A stretch of 36,558 nt of DNA from Octopus bimaculoides (Eukaryota): the NCBI RefSeq assembly GCF_001194135.2, contig NC_068984.1:68442783-68479340 (forward strand), read 5' to 3'. Positions within the stretch are counted from its first letter, which is position 1; each line of letters begins with the position of its first letter. The position numbers and the translations under genes are program-made. The notes under the pieces are model-generated. The model was not told where the DNA came from. It worked only from the letters and a program-made list of their open reading frames with translations, and did not search any database. Of the stretch, positions 23,214-35,547 are shown piece after piece.

Positions 23214-23700
23214 GAATACAAATATACATATGTGTATGTGTGTAGTATATTTTGCACTTAAACTTACAGTACACACACGTGTATATATATATATATATAT
23301 ATATTACATACATATGTTTGTGTACTGCAGATTGGCTTAAGTGCACTGCTAATCTTATTACGGGTGTTTATCAGAATTTTTTCCATTTAACAAGTGAACT
23401 GAATTTTGTTAAGTAAAAGAATAAAAAACAAAGAATACATAAATTTTAAACATAAAGACAATGACTGTTACAATGTATTGAAAATAGAAGACCATAAAAA
23501 ATCATTCATTGAACAGATAACTATTCTGATACAATTACTACTAAGTTCTTCTGCTGATACAAATCAACTTATTTTGAGACCTATCTTGCACATGAAAAGA
23601 AACCTGGGAATAACATGTTGAAATATTTGAGCTCCCTTAACACTGTTTTAGGTTAATTTCTATGAAATCCTTTTATCTGTACTATGTACATATAGGAATA

Positions 23701-23800
23701 TAATGTCTGATGACGATCAGAGATCAAATCAATCGAAATATAATGTAGATATCAATATTGAAAATGTTTCATCTCTGAAGATGAGGTTAATAGATCGAAA
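23701..23800 (+). ncRNA. Tandem hammerhead-like motifs (candidate, degenerate)
   Basis: CTGATGA-c-gat...atc-GAAA at 23707-23738 and CTGAAGA-t-ga...tc-GAAA at 23775-23800. Confidence 0.35.
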
Positions 23801-24244
23801 AAAAAATTTATAATCTTCCTTTTATTGGAATTGTGAAATATACTACAAATAGCATTTTGAATATAGGACTTCTCACATAATGGTAAGATATGTTACTTTA
23901 ATCAGTATCTCTCTGGCTGTATACATACATACATACATACATACATACAAACATACATACATACATACACACATACATGCATGTATACATACATACGTAC
24001 ATTTATGTATGTATGTATGTATGTTTTGATATAAAAACAATGTTCTTGAATAAGAATAATAATTTTGGACTGTACTAAAGTATCAAATAACTCATCAGAT
24101 TAATGTAAAAGTGTTTTTACTAATACTAAACGTAAAAACAAACCTTAATATATTGATACATAAACAGATAGATAGGAACAAATACATTTATCATATATAT
24201 AAATATATAGGTGTGTGTGTGTGTGTGTGCGTGTTTATGTGTGA

Positions 24245-24405
24245 AAGAAACATGGTTGTATGGTGAAGAAGTTTGCTTCCCAAGAATATACTTTTGAGTT
24301 TAGTCTTACAGTATACTATCTTGGGCAAGTGTCAAGTGCCTTCTACTTTAGCTCCAGATTGAACAAATCATTTAAGTGGATTGGGTAGAGGGAAACTGAA
24401 AACAG

Positions 24406-24410
<5 letters not shown>
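24245..24410 (+). mobile_element. SINE 5' half
   Basis: tggttgtatggtgaagaagtttgcttccca...cttgggcaagtg...gtggattgggtagagggaaactgaaa, ending in (TA)n. Confidence 0.7.
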
Positions 24411-24457
<47 letters not shown>

Positions 24458-25084
24458 TTTATCAACACTTGCTGTGTCTGGCCCTAAGACCCTATCCTAT
24501 TTATTAATTTCATTTTCTGTTCTTCTGTCCACATTTTATTTTATTTGTTTGCATCTTTGTCTTTCGTCTATCCACTAATGGTTTCATCTTGAATATCATT
24601 TCACTTGTATATTGTATATTGCACATTTATTTCATGTTTGTATGTTCACTTTCTGTATTGCATATTTATTTATTGCTTGTTTGTTTGTTTACTTTCTGTC
24701 ATGTCTGGTACCTTGTACATTGGCTCGCTATTTTCTAGTCACTTTTCACTGCTGGTGCCACCAAAGGCGAGCAATATTATCATTTGAAGTTATGAATTTG
24801 CATTGATCCTTCGTCCAATAATTGATGAGGATTTGGCAACTTTATGCATTTGTTTGTTTGTGCATTTATTTTATATATATATTACCTCAAATGATCTAAT
24901 GTTCAATGAGGATTTTTCTGTACACCAACAGTGTCAATATTTTCATTTTTGTAATCAATGGAAATACACTGGATTTGCACAGCTGAAGATGTATCAATCA
25001 ATAAATGTAGTGCTCTCTTTGCATCGGTGTTGAGGTTTACCTCTTTTGTCATCACACAAGGTTTGTCAGTATATATATGTATCT

Positions 25085-25335
25085 GTGTGTATGTGAATGT
25101 TTGTGTCACCTTGTCTATCATGAGGTATTTGTAAATGAGTATCACTGTCAAACAAGCAGTGTCAGTCATCTCCAGTATTCTGCAAATCATGTGTGATTAT
25201 GGGAAAATATAACCTTGCTTGGGAACAAGTGAAGGTTAATAGCACAAAGGGAATTCAACTGTAGAAAATCTGTCTTGATAAACTTTGTCCAATGCATGCA
25301 AGCATAGAAAAGTGAAAAATAAAATGATGATTATT
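25085..25335 (+). mobile_element. SINE 3' half with RTE-type tail
   Basis: ...ccttgcttgggaacaagtgaagg...gtagaaaatctg...atgcaagcatagaaaagtg...atgatgatt. It is homologous to the minus copy at 34290-34505. Confidence 0.65.
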
Positions 25336-25340
25336 ATATT

Positions 25341-26016
25341 CAAGGTGGTATGAGAAAGTTACTGGACTAGTTATGCTTGATAAAAAATAACATATTTTAC
25401 TGTTTTAACATTATCTTCGAAATAGTCTCTTTGTGCAGCAATAGACTAATCCCACTACTTTTGAAATCCAGCCTGGAAGTCGTTTTCTGCACATGAGTCA
25501 ACAACCTTCTGCGATTCAGTCTGGATATCAACTACAGTGTTAAAACATCAACTTTTGACCTATATTTTCATCTTGGAGAAGAGATGGAAGTCCACAGGTG
25601 CTAAATCTGGCAAATAGGGTAGGTGCAGAAGTGATATCATGCTTCTTTTTCAGATATATAAACTACTGACTGATATACAAGGTGGTACCAAAAAGCTCCT
25701 GGATGGGTTCTGTAGTGCACCAACAGATGGCAGCACATGGTTGCATGCACAGTGAGAGTTAGCAGTGACCTTCAAGAGACAATGAGAAACTCACAAGTGA
25801 GGAAAGCTTGATGACAGGCTGACAGTCAAGCTCGGTGACAGAGAGCTCAGTGAGAGCAATGTCACTCAGCACACTATCTCATGAAGGTCACTGCTAACTC
25901 TCACTGTGCATGCAACCATGTGCTGCCATTTGTTGGCTAACTGCAGAACTAGTCTAGAAACTTGTTGATACCACCTTGTACATCAGTCAGTATTTCATAT
26001 ATCTGAAAAAGAAGCA
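25341..26016 (-). mobile_element. Rearranged mariner derivative: transposase C-terminus plus an inverted duplication of one end
   Basis: Minus-strand LHLPYLPDLAPVDFHLFSKMK...FQAGFQK*WD*SIAAQRDYFE (~25410-25640). Three related TIR copies (caaggtggta...) start at 25341 (+), 25678 (+) and 25978 (-). Inverted arms lie at 25640-25779 and 25877-26016. Confidence 0.85.
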
Positions 26017-26094
26017 CAACCTAAAAGGTTAGAGTAGTAATATTTAAAAGGTTGTTTGTTATGGCTGGTCAGAGAGTGGTCATTGATTTTGCAC

Positions 26095-26206
26095 CTACAA
26101 GGTGCTTAGCTGTATTAGTGATTTGTCAGATTCAACAGAATCAAAAACAATATGCACGTGCAAAATTAAAGATGTAAAATGGTGACAATTTACCCATTAC
26201 ATCCTG
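26095..26206 (-). mobile_element. End fragment of a maT/Tc1-like element
   Basis: Its reverse complement, TA|caggatgtaatgggtaaattgtcacc...tttaattttgcacgtgcatattgtttttgatt, aligns with the end at 35548. Confidence 0.75.
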
Positions 26207-26261
<55 letters not shown>

Positions 26262-26553
26262 TTCGTTTTTGAATTTGGTTTGCAATATTCTTTATGTGAG
26301 TTCGTGTGTTGAAGTATATTTTGTGTCTCGGGAAAGTCATTCTCTTTTAGTACCTTATTATTTAACACACTCACCAGTAAATTTTCCACTCATTTACTTA
26401 TTTATTTTTCCTAAAATTTTCGTTGTATCTTGGAACCTTTTCAATAGTTGACTATTGAAAAGGTTGTACGATACAACGAAAATTTTTGGAAAAATAAATG
26501 AAAACAAATGGGTGGAAACTTTACTGGTGGGTGTGTTAAATAATAAGGCACTA
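26262..26553. mobile_element. Foldback element with a 2-nt loop; right arm runs into the N-gap
   Basis: The centre is tcaatagt-tg-actattga (26441-26458). Arms 26348-26448 and 26451-26553 are inverted. The element starts directly after a (TA)n(CA)n tract. Confidence 0.85.
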
Positions 26554-26977
26554 NNNNNNNNNNNNNNNNNNNNNNNNNNNNNNNNNNNNNNNNNNNNNNN
26601 NNNNNNNNNNNNNNNNNNNNNNNNNNNNNNNNNNNNNNNNNNNNNNNNNNNNNNNNNNNNNNNNNNNNNNNNNNNNNNNNNNNNNNNNNNNNNNNNNNNN
26701 NNNNNNNNNNNNNNNNNNNNNNNNNNNNNNNNNNNNNNNNNNNNNNNNNNNNNNNNNNNNNNNNNNNNNNNNNNNNNNNTGTCGGAATAAAAGTATGCAG
26801 TTATAATATGCGTCTACTCCATTCTTTAAATTTATATATACTCAAATACCCAAAATATCAAGGAGTTTCTACCTCATAAACAGGAGTTACACCACGGTTA
26901 TTTTGTGATCTTTGCTACCCCGGTATCTATTAACCAATTTATTTTATCCGAGTTATTTATTACTTGGAGAAAATAAA

Positions 26978-27009
<32 letters not shown>

Positions 27010-27026
27010 ACATTTTTATATATACA

Positions 27027-27075
<49 letters not shown>

Positions 27076-28327
27076 TACTGTTCTGTGATAGAAAATTAAA
27101 AAAAAAGTACTCCATCTGATGAGTGATAAATATTATTTATTTAAAGGACACAATACATGTCTTTAAATGCTACTAATAGATCCATATATTGAGAAATATC
27201 TCAAACATATTCTTCAGGCACAAACCACGTATCATAATGAACTAAAAAAAATTGAATGAGAGAATATACATGTGAAAAGAATAAGGAGAATATAAAGATA
27301 TAAGCGATGGAGAAATAAGATGAACTTTATTCAGTGGTAAACATCAAAATATCATGACAAATTTGTTTCAGTTGTCCCAAAATAAATGCATACATATGTA
27401 CATAGATATGTATGTACATACATACAGGTATGTATACTTACATATTTATTTATTTTTAATAACCAGCAGGAGTTAGAGAATAACTCAAGGCTCATGTGTT
27501 TTGTGTATAGCTGCATGTACCAATGCACATATGACACTCTGTATCTTCTGACAATTAATGATAACAAAATATATATACTCTTGTTTTTTTTTGAGTTCTA
27601 TTTTTGTGTTTGTATTACCAAACCTATACATACACATATGTATGTGATTATAACCAGTTTTTAGTAGATGTATAACTAAATGATTTTACAGGAAAATCTA
27701 CTTCTAAAAGCATTATCTATAGATACTGGTGTAATATAAAGAAATAGTCAAAAAACATTTGAGAAATATACTGGTAAAAGTGCCTGTTCCTCTGATGTAA
27801 TCTCAGCTCAAACTTTCAATAATACAAGAATATGAATAGGAAATATGAAAAATATATAAGTTTTAGTGATAACAAAGGAGAAAAACTTTTAAAATGTTAT
27901 GAAAACCAATTTCAAAGAAATGATTGAAAATAAATACATATGGGGGAAAAAATTGATAGAATGAAGTAAATCAAAATATCTTGCAAATTAAGAAATGCTG
28001 CATTAAAAGTGGTCCAGTGTGGACCTAATCCCAAAAGCTGAAAATTAACATAAGTATGACATAACTATATAAAGTATGACATAAACTATATAAAGTACAA
28101 AAATAAATATGTATTTATGATTGAAGTAGTCAACAGACAACTATTTGAACTATTTTTAATCAGTGGCTTCTTCTCAAACAGAAAGTTGACTTTTGCTGCA
28201 CAGGAGCTAAAGATTATGTAGTGTTTATGCTTTAGCAATGGCATATGTAGAAGAAAGGAAATAGTTACTGATACATGTATGAATTCTGTTGCCATAAGCC
28301 TTCAGCTAATGTAACAATATTCACTCG

Positions 28328-28734
28328 GGTGCTGGTGTGGCTGTATGGCAAGAAGCTTGCTTCCAAACCACATGGTTCTGGGTTCAGTCTCACTCTGTGG
28401 AACATTGAGCAAGTGTCTTCTACTATAGCACTGGACTGACCAAGGCCTTGTGAGTGGATTCGGTAGATGGAAACTGAAAGAATCTCATTATATATATATG
28501 CATATAACTGAGTGTGTGTCTTTGTAACTGTGTTTGTCCTCCACCACCACTTGACAGCTGGTGTTGGTGTGTTTTCATTCCCATAACTTGACAGTTCAGC
28601 AAAAAAGAATGATAACATAAGTATCAGGTTTAAGGAAAATAAGTCCTGGGGTTGATTTGTTCAACTAAAACCCTTCAAAGCAGTGCCCCAGCATGGCCTC
28701 AGTCTAATGACTGAAACAAATAAAAGATAAAAGA
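28328..28734 (+). mobile_element. tRNA-derived SINE, full-length
   Basis: A-box-like tggctgtatgg, B-box-like ggttcagtctc, a body collinear with the 18610 copy, and a taaaagataaaaga tail. Confidence 0.9.
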
Positions 28735-28916
28735 CGTGTGGTATATTTGATTATTTTAAATAAGTCATGGCCAGTTTGCAGCAACCAGTATCTCCCATAC
28801 CCATGTACTTAACATAAGATAATATAATTTTAGGGAAACCTGTCTGCTACCTCTATCAGGTATAGTGACCATATAGATGTTCCCTTGTTATTCTGTTGAG
28901 CACTTAGGGACAAAAT

Positions 28917-29150
28917 ATAGCTATTGACAAATATAGCGATCAAGAGATATGAAGATCAACAAATCTGGTGACCAGCAGATATAGTGATCAACAGGTATGG
29001 AGATGGTGCTGGGGTTAACGGCTATAGTGATCAAGTAATAATGTGAGCAACGAATATGAGGATTAACAGATATATAAACCAATGGAAATGGTAAGCCACA
29101 GATATTGTAATCCACAGTTATAATGACATGTGGCTATGATATTTGATAGT
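28917..29150. repeat. Degenerate 16-bp-period tandem array (~14 units)
   Basis: Units such as atagcgatcaagagat, atgaagatcaacaaat, atagtgatcaacaggt, atgaggattaacagat and attgtaatccacagtt are in exact 16-nt phase apart from one 27-nt unit. Confidence 0.7.
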
Positions 29151-30519
29151 AGCAAAAGATGATAGAATTAGCACAAACCCTGATGTGAGAAATTAACTGT
29201 AAATGATAACTGTAGTATCTTGACCCTGATTCAATTTTCCCAATTTGTTGAAAAGCGAATAAAGATGATAATTACAGATTCATATAAAAACTTAGGCTAG
29301 CCTTATAAATAATGACCAGCAAAAACAAATGCTTGGTTCTTTTTTCTTATTGTTTTAGAAATTTACTTGTCTGGCTGATTATTTAATCTGAGATCAAATG
29401 TGAAACTACAAGAATTACAGCCTGGAAGATGCAGATTAGCCACTCAAAAACACACAAAGACTGGTCACTGTCATGATTCCATTGCATCTCAGAAATGCTG
29501 TGGAATTGCATCCATGACAAGGTCACAAATGGTGCAATAAAAATTCTGACCAAATAATAAATGTTTAAATGAAGTTAACAGTCTTTGGATGGTTAATATG
29601 TGATTTCCATGCTATTAAGATCACTGTATGATCCAGTCACTCTTTTATTAATTTACAAGTTTCATGGACTGTGACTATGTTATGGTACCAGTATTTTCAA
29701 ACAAACAAATGGTAAATGAAATGATTTATTTCAGTTTTCTGTTTGGCAACACATTAAGACAATTTGAGCAAGATTTAGGAGATTTCAATGTGAAGGTTAT
29801 TTTTAGTAGCATATTTATGCAGCAGAGTAGCAATAATGACTGAAAGAGTGATTGTGAAATATTATATTGCCTATGATTGAATAAGAATTGATAATATGAA
29901 TATGACAATGATATTGAGTGAAAACTATTTTCCATTTTACAAAGTGAATTTGAAAATTCTCTTATGAAATGACTTCTTTAAAAAATATTTTGCTAAGAAA
30001 CAGTAGAATGCATAGATATACTTTTCTTTATCTAATTTGTAAACAAAAACAATCTATAAACCATAACAATAGTATTTCTTATACAATTTTCATAGTTCCA
30101 TTTTAAGAGTTATGTTTATATAGCTATCAAAGCAAAATTTTGGAAATGTCATTGTTTTATAGTATCTGAAATGTCAAAGTTTATCCAGAAGTTATTATCA
30201 AAAGTTTCTTGCTGTTTTGTTTGCTTTATATTTTGTTCATTTTCTTTTTACTTCCTACCTTGCACCATCAGATCGATAAATGTTATGTGCTTGTCATAGA
30301 ATTATTGTGGCAAAATACAAAAGTTGCTTCCCGTTGCCTTCTTTTCAGTCTACTTTACTAGACACTATCTTTTTCGGCTAAAGACAGAAAAATTTGCCAC
30401 CTCTACCTGGATACACAGAATATAAAGAACTGGAAAAATACAACAAAATATTTTGTCTAATGTGCTAACAATCCTGCTGATCCTTTTTATACTTTGTTTC
30501 ATTGGCCTCAAAAAGATAA

Positions 30520-30627
30520 CAGGCAAAGATGACATTGGTGAGATTTGAACTTTGAACATGCATTGGAACAAAATTATTGTGAAGCATTTTGATCAATGTT
30601 CTAAATACTCTGTCAGTTTGCCACCAT
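30520..30627 (-). mobile_element. Second-family SINE head fragment
   Basis: ggcaaagatgacattggtgagatttgaact...gaagcattttg...gtttgccacc is similar to 3810-3900. Confidence 0.45.
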
Positions 30628-31194
30628 TTACTATTACTAGCTGTTCATTATTTCTTGTACAAAAATAAACAGTAAGCAACTTGAGACAAATAGCTGTACA
30701 CTAATCTTCTAAAGTATATAGTCATTGCTCTTCTGCATAATAAAATTCAAATTTTGTTGGAGTCAAAGTCAACTTTGATATTTATCCTCCTGAAAGTTAA
30801 TAAAATGTTATATGGATTCCAAGGTACATCCAGTGGACACTCTGTGATGAATCATCAGTGATGCTTCTGGATTTGCGGCATGATTCCGGTTTTCCAACAC
30901 CAGACCTCCTCAACCAAACACCCAGTTAAGGATCAAGTACCAGCTTGCTTCTCATTAGGAACTAGCCAAGAATCTACCCTCTTTGTGTAAAGCCACCCAG
31001 TAGCTTTCTCTTCATCTTTGCACAAGAAATTCATGCAATCTTAATTTTTACTTCCATTCACTATACACCTGAAAGCTTCATTTAGATAAAAAGACATCGA
31101 TATTTACAGCATGGAGTGTGTGTGTGTGGGTGTGTGAGTGCACACGTGTGCATGCATATACATACATATATGTACATACATGCATACATTTGTC

Positions 31195-31887
31195 TCCTCT
31201 CTTCTCTTCACTCCTACCCACCTTCTCTCTTCCCCCTTCATCATCACCCACCCCTACACAATTCAACCCCACCGCCCCTATTCATCCCACCCCATCCCTT
31301 ACACTCACTCCCACATACCCCACCTCTACCCCACCCTCAGCCTACCCACATACACCACCTCTACCCCCACCCTCATCCTTACCCACACCACACCCTTGCT
31401 TTTGCCACTCTCATCTCCCCACCTCCCAACACCATCACACCTCACACCACTATACCATACACCATCATACCGCACAGCATCACATCACATCACACCACCA
31501 TGCACACACTAGCACTGACCACTTCCCAGCCCCACATCTACTCACCTTCACATACACACACGTACGCACACATGTCAAGGCTACCAGCCCTCTTCCATAC
31601 GCACATACATACTCTCTTATACACATGCACATGCACCTTCGTTTTGGGATCACCCCATTTTATTATCTCCCCTTCTTCCTAGCTCTCCTGTGTGACCCCC
31701 TCTGTCCGGCATTTGCCATGAGAGATTGCTAGTCACAACACATTCTTTATTTTCTCTCTTTGCTTCTTTCTGTGATCCTTTCTGTGGAAGAGTGTAGACT
31801 AGAAACGCTAAAGACTTCTTCACTTCCTGAGCATTAAACTAGCACATCTGTTTGTTGTCTACACCACCTGCCTTCGTCTTTCTCCCT
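31195..31887 (+). mobile_element. Penelope-type 3' UTR/terminal repeat, second copy, preceded by C-rich low-complexity sequence
   Basis: 31631-31887 is collinear with 14878-15149 and ends tctccct|(TA)n. The C/A-rich stretch at 31195-31630 has the same strand skew as the PLE sense strand at 1-214; including it in the element is an inference. Confidence 0.55.
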
Positions 31888-32450
31888 ATATATATATATA
31901 TATATATATATNNNNNNNNNNNNNNNNNNNNNNNNNNNNNNNNNNNNNNNNNNNNNNNNNNNNNNNNNNNNNNNNNNNNNNNNNNNNNNNNNNNNNNNNN
32001 NNNNNNNNNNNNNNNNNNNNNNNNNNNTTATATATATAAACATGCATATATATCTTCTGCATTATAACTTCTCAATGTTGCACTAACATGTGTTGCTTCA
32101 CACAATCTAGTGTGGTCTTTCAATTGAATCTCAAGATATCTTGTGTAAATTGTTCTCATTAAAACCAAGAGTATTTTTTTTTCCTGAATATATTGTGCTT
32201 ATTATATAATTCAAGGTAAAAAACAAGATGTATTCCTTGATATAAATATGTTGTCAAGGTAATCAATGAAAAGAAAGAACAAAAACTTACATAATTATTG
32301 GAATTCTTATTGATTAACAGATTTTAACAACTTTGGCTTTTTTTTTGTTATTTTAATAGGTAGAAAAATTCAGAGAAATAAAGAATATGAACAACAAATA
32401 TTTTTAAAATTGGCAAGGCAATATTTGTCCTCATTAGTTTCTTTATAGAA

Positions 32451-32496
<46 letters not shown>

Positions 32497-32572
32497 ATAC
32501 ACACACATACATAATATATATATGTGTATATATGTGCGTGATTATGTGTGGGTGTATGTGTGTGTGTGTATA

Positions 32573-32606
<34 letters not shown>

Positions 32607-34289
32607 GTCGATGAAGGTGGTGGTGATTAGCAAACATTGCGGTACATTAGAGGATAAGGAGAAATGGTGAAGGTATGATATGCACGTCTTCAAAGTAACA
32701 GAGAAATGTTATCAGGTGGAAAATACATGGTTACTAAATATAAAAGACGGATAATGGAATAACAGTATTATGAGCTGACCATGTCACATTTGAGTATTTA
32801 TAGATACGATAATGTTATCATTGTTTATCTCACTACCCCTCTGTGAATGCCTGTCTTCAAAATTTTCTAGAGTTTCTGAAATCCCAGGAGACTCATGGAT
32901 CTAAGTAAGGGGCGCAGCTTGCACCACCATTTCACATATGTACTTTTTTATGTTACTATCCACTATAATGACGTCTTAACATTTAGGATTAACACACTTA
33001 ATGCAGTGAAAATAAAATTTTTTTATTTGAACTACTAATGTAGTGAGAAATTTCAACATTAACTTACTGACAAACATTTTTTTTGTCATTAATTATTAGT
33101 AACGAAAGCAATATTAATGTGTAAAGGTAATATGTATATCTAATTTATAGATCTACTTTGGATTCTTTGCCATCAAATTTGAATTCTTTGCCATCAAATT
33201 TGAATTTTTCAAAAGAACTTTGTAAGACAAGCTAAAATGCAGAAAATGGTCAACAGGCATGCGCTGAAGGGTTGCAAACGGTAGAAATTAGGAGTCTTCA
33301 TACTCGAAAGAATATTCGATGACCACAAATTGATTTGAAGCTAGTTTCTTGAAATTGGTGCTCAAGCCTTGAAAAAATGAATTAAACTACACCAGCCGTA
33401 AGGCTTTCTATCTGCTATTGATTGTGGCTCCGAGCAACTGATAAATATATACCAGTAATATATAATTGAATTTTCAGAAATTGGTCCTGTCCCTGGCCGT
33501 AGCTAAAAGACTGCAAAAGATATGCTGTGCACTTGATCCGTTTTTAGAAAAGAAGGCTCATGTGGTTGCACAACATGCTAGAAATATCAGCTAAATCTCT
33601 TTCATATTATATCATACTGTGTTTTTAAATAAGTGATGGAAATATTTGACAGCCTAGCTCATGGCTTTTGAAAAGAATGGATAAGGCTAGCCAGAACTCT
33701 TTTTATTGTAGGTCTACTTGATTAAGGAGGCAGATAAGAAGTTAAACAAGAACAACAATAACATAAACAAACAAAAGGAAATTATATTTGCAGCTGGTAC
33801 CTATTTACAGCTAAGTGGACTGGGTTGGGAAGTATTCAAATGTCTCTGATAGTAAAATGATTGTTAATCAGCTAAGATAGAATAAATCACTTTCTTGAAG
33901 AAAACCCCACAAAATAATTGTTAGTAATACTTAAAAAAGAGATAATTTCAAGTTAATAAGAACTAATTCTACAAAATAAATTTTCATGATTAAGAGAAAA
34001 TCTGACTTTTGTTAACAGGCAAAGGTGATTGCTTTAGACATTTTCCATTTTTTTTTTTTTTTTTAGTATGTCAGCAAAGCATAGTATTTTCTCCTAATCA
34101 CATGAATTAATTTCGTGAAATTAATTATCTATTTCAGAAATTAACTTCTCTTTTTTTTTTTTCTTTTGAGTGACATTAATTATTACCACTGTGTTTTGGG
34201 TTTCTTTTTTCAAACCAAAAAAGGAAATTTCAAATAACAGTAAAAATTTTGCATACCTTATTCAGTACATCACTTTAAATTCCTCCTCC

Positions 34290-34505
34290 TTATCATTGGA
34301 TTAAGGTTCACTTTATAATGCTTGCATGGGTTGGACAAACTTTATTGAAGCTAGTTTTCTACTACTGGATGCTCTTCCTGTCATAATTCCTTACCTTTCC
34401 AAGCAAAAATAAATTTCCACATGGTCAGACATGTTTTTGAGGAAAATTGGAAAAGAATGATTTTCATTTACAACATTGTGTGATATCAAGACAATGAAAC
34501 ACAAA
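34290..34505 (-). mobile_element. SINE 3' half with RTE-type tail
   Basis: Its reverse complement, gcttggaaaggtaaggaattatgacaggaagagcatccag...ccatgcaagcat, is homologous to 25085-25335. Confidence 0.65.
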
Positions 34506-34607
34506 CATACACACGTTTGCACACACATGCGTATATACATACCTACATACATATATGCATACATACATACATTCATACATACAGATATACATATACATTT
34601 ATATGTA

Positions 34608-34662
<55 letters not shown>

Positions 34663-35069
34663 NNNNNNNNNNNNNNNNNNNNNNNNNNNNNNNNNNNNNN
34701 NNNNNNNNNNNNNNNNNNNNNNNNNNNNNNNNNNNNNNNNNNNNNNNNNNNNNNNNNNNNNNNNNNNNNNNNNNNNNNNNNNNNNNNNNNNNNNNNNNNN
34801 NNNNNNNNNNNNNNNNNNNNNNNNNNNNNNNNNNNNNNNNNNNNNNNNNNNNNNNNNNNNNNNNNNNNNNNNNNNNNNNNNNNNNNNNNNNNNNNNNNNN
34901 NNNNNNNNNNNNNNNNNNNNNNNNNNNNNNNNNNNNNNNNNNNNNNNNNNNNNNNNNNNNNNNNNNNNNNNNNNNNNNNNNNNNNNNNNNNNNNNNNTAT
35001 ATATATATATATATATATACCTGTCTGTCTATCTATCAGTCTATCTATCTATCTATCTCTCTATTTATC

Positions 35070-35100
<31 letters not shown>

Positions 35101-35472
35101 GACCTGTTGTAAATTCTCTGTCTCTCCATTCTCCTTCCTTCAAGACATATTCTAAGCATTACCCACTATTCTTGTTTCCTTGGCTGTATTTTCTTCGATT
35201 ATTCATCCTTGTCCACCATCCTAAATCACACTCTGTCTCGTTTTGCTTGCTTTGTTTTGTTTTGTTTGCTATCGTCCCTAATTCTCTGCAAGAAAACTCT
35301 TTTTGTAGGCACCACCAATTGGAAGTGCTCAGTCTTGCCGTTAAACTGAATATTACCAGTTTGTTAATAACTGATGAAGAATTACAGACCTTCTGTTTGT
35401 CTCCTGTTTGTTTTTACATTCGGTATACATTGTGTCGTTTGTTTATTTACCATACATTTTTTCATTTATTAC

Positions 35473-35517
<45 letters not shown>

Positions 35518-35547
35518 TATATATATATATATACCCACACATACATA

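Noticed and set aside
24977-25013. gcacag-CTGAAGA...AAA-tgta-gtgc hammerhead-like remnant
   Set aside because: G12 is absent and there is no helix II. At most it is a decayed PLE terminus.
28917-29150. CRISPR-like interpretation of the periodic array
   Set aside because: There is no constant repeat with unique spacers, the period is only 16 bp, and the context is eukaryotic with no cas genes.
29400-30460. Candidate host exons (e.g. FLFGNTLRQFEQDLGDFNVK after tttcag at ~29733; NLPPLPGYTEYKEL at ~30390)
   Set aside because: These are short frames with plausible splice-like sites but no recognisable protein and no consistent exon chain. RNA-seq or tBLASTx would be needed.
31116-31732. 188-204 aa His/Pro/Thr-rich ORFs
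   Set aside because: All three frames are open because the C/A-rich low-complexity strand lacks stop codons. The region adjoins a repeat terminus and shows no domain signal.
33162-33203. 21-bp direct duplication attctttgccatcaaatttga (similar short duplication at ~28052-28095)
   Set aside because: An ordinary local slippage duplication with no associated element boundary or TSD context.
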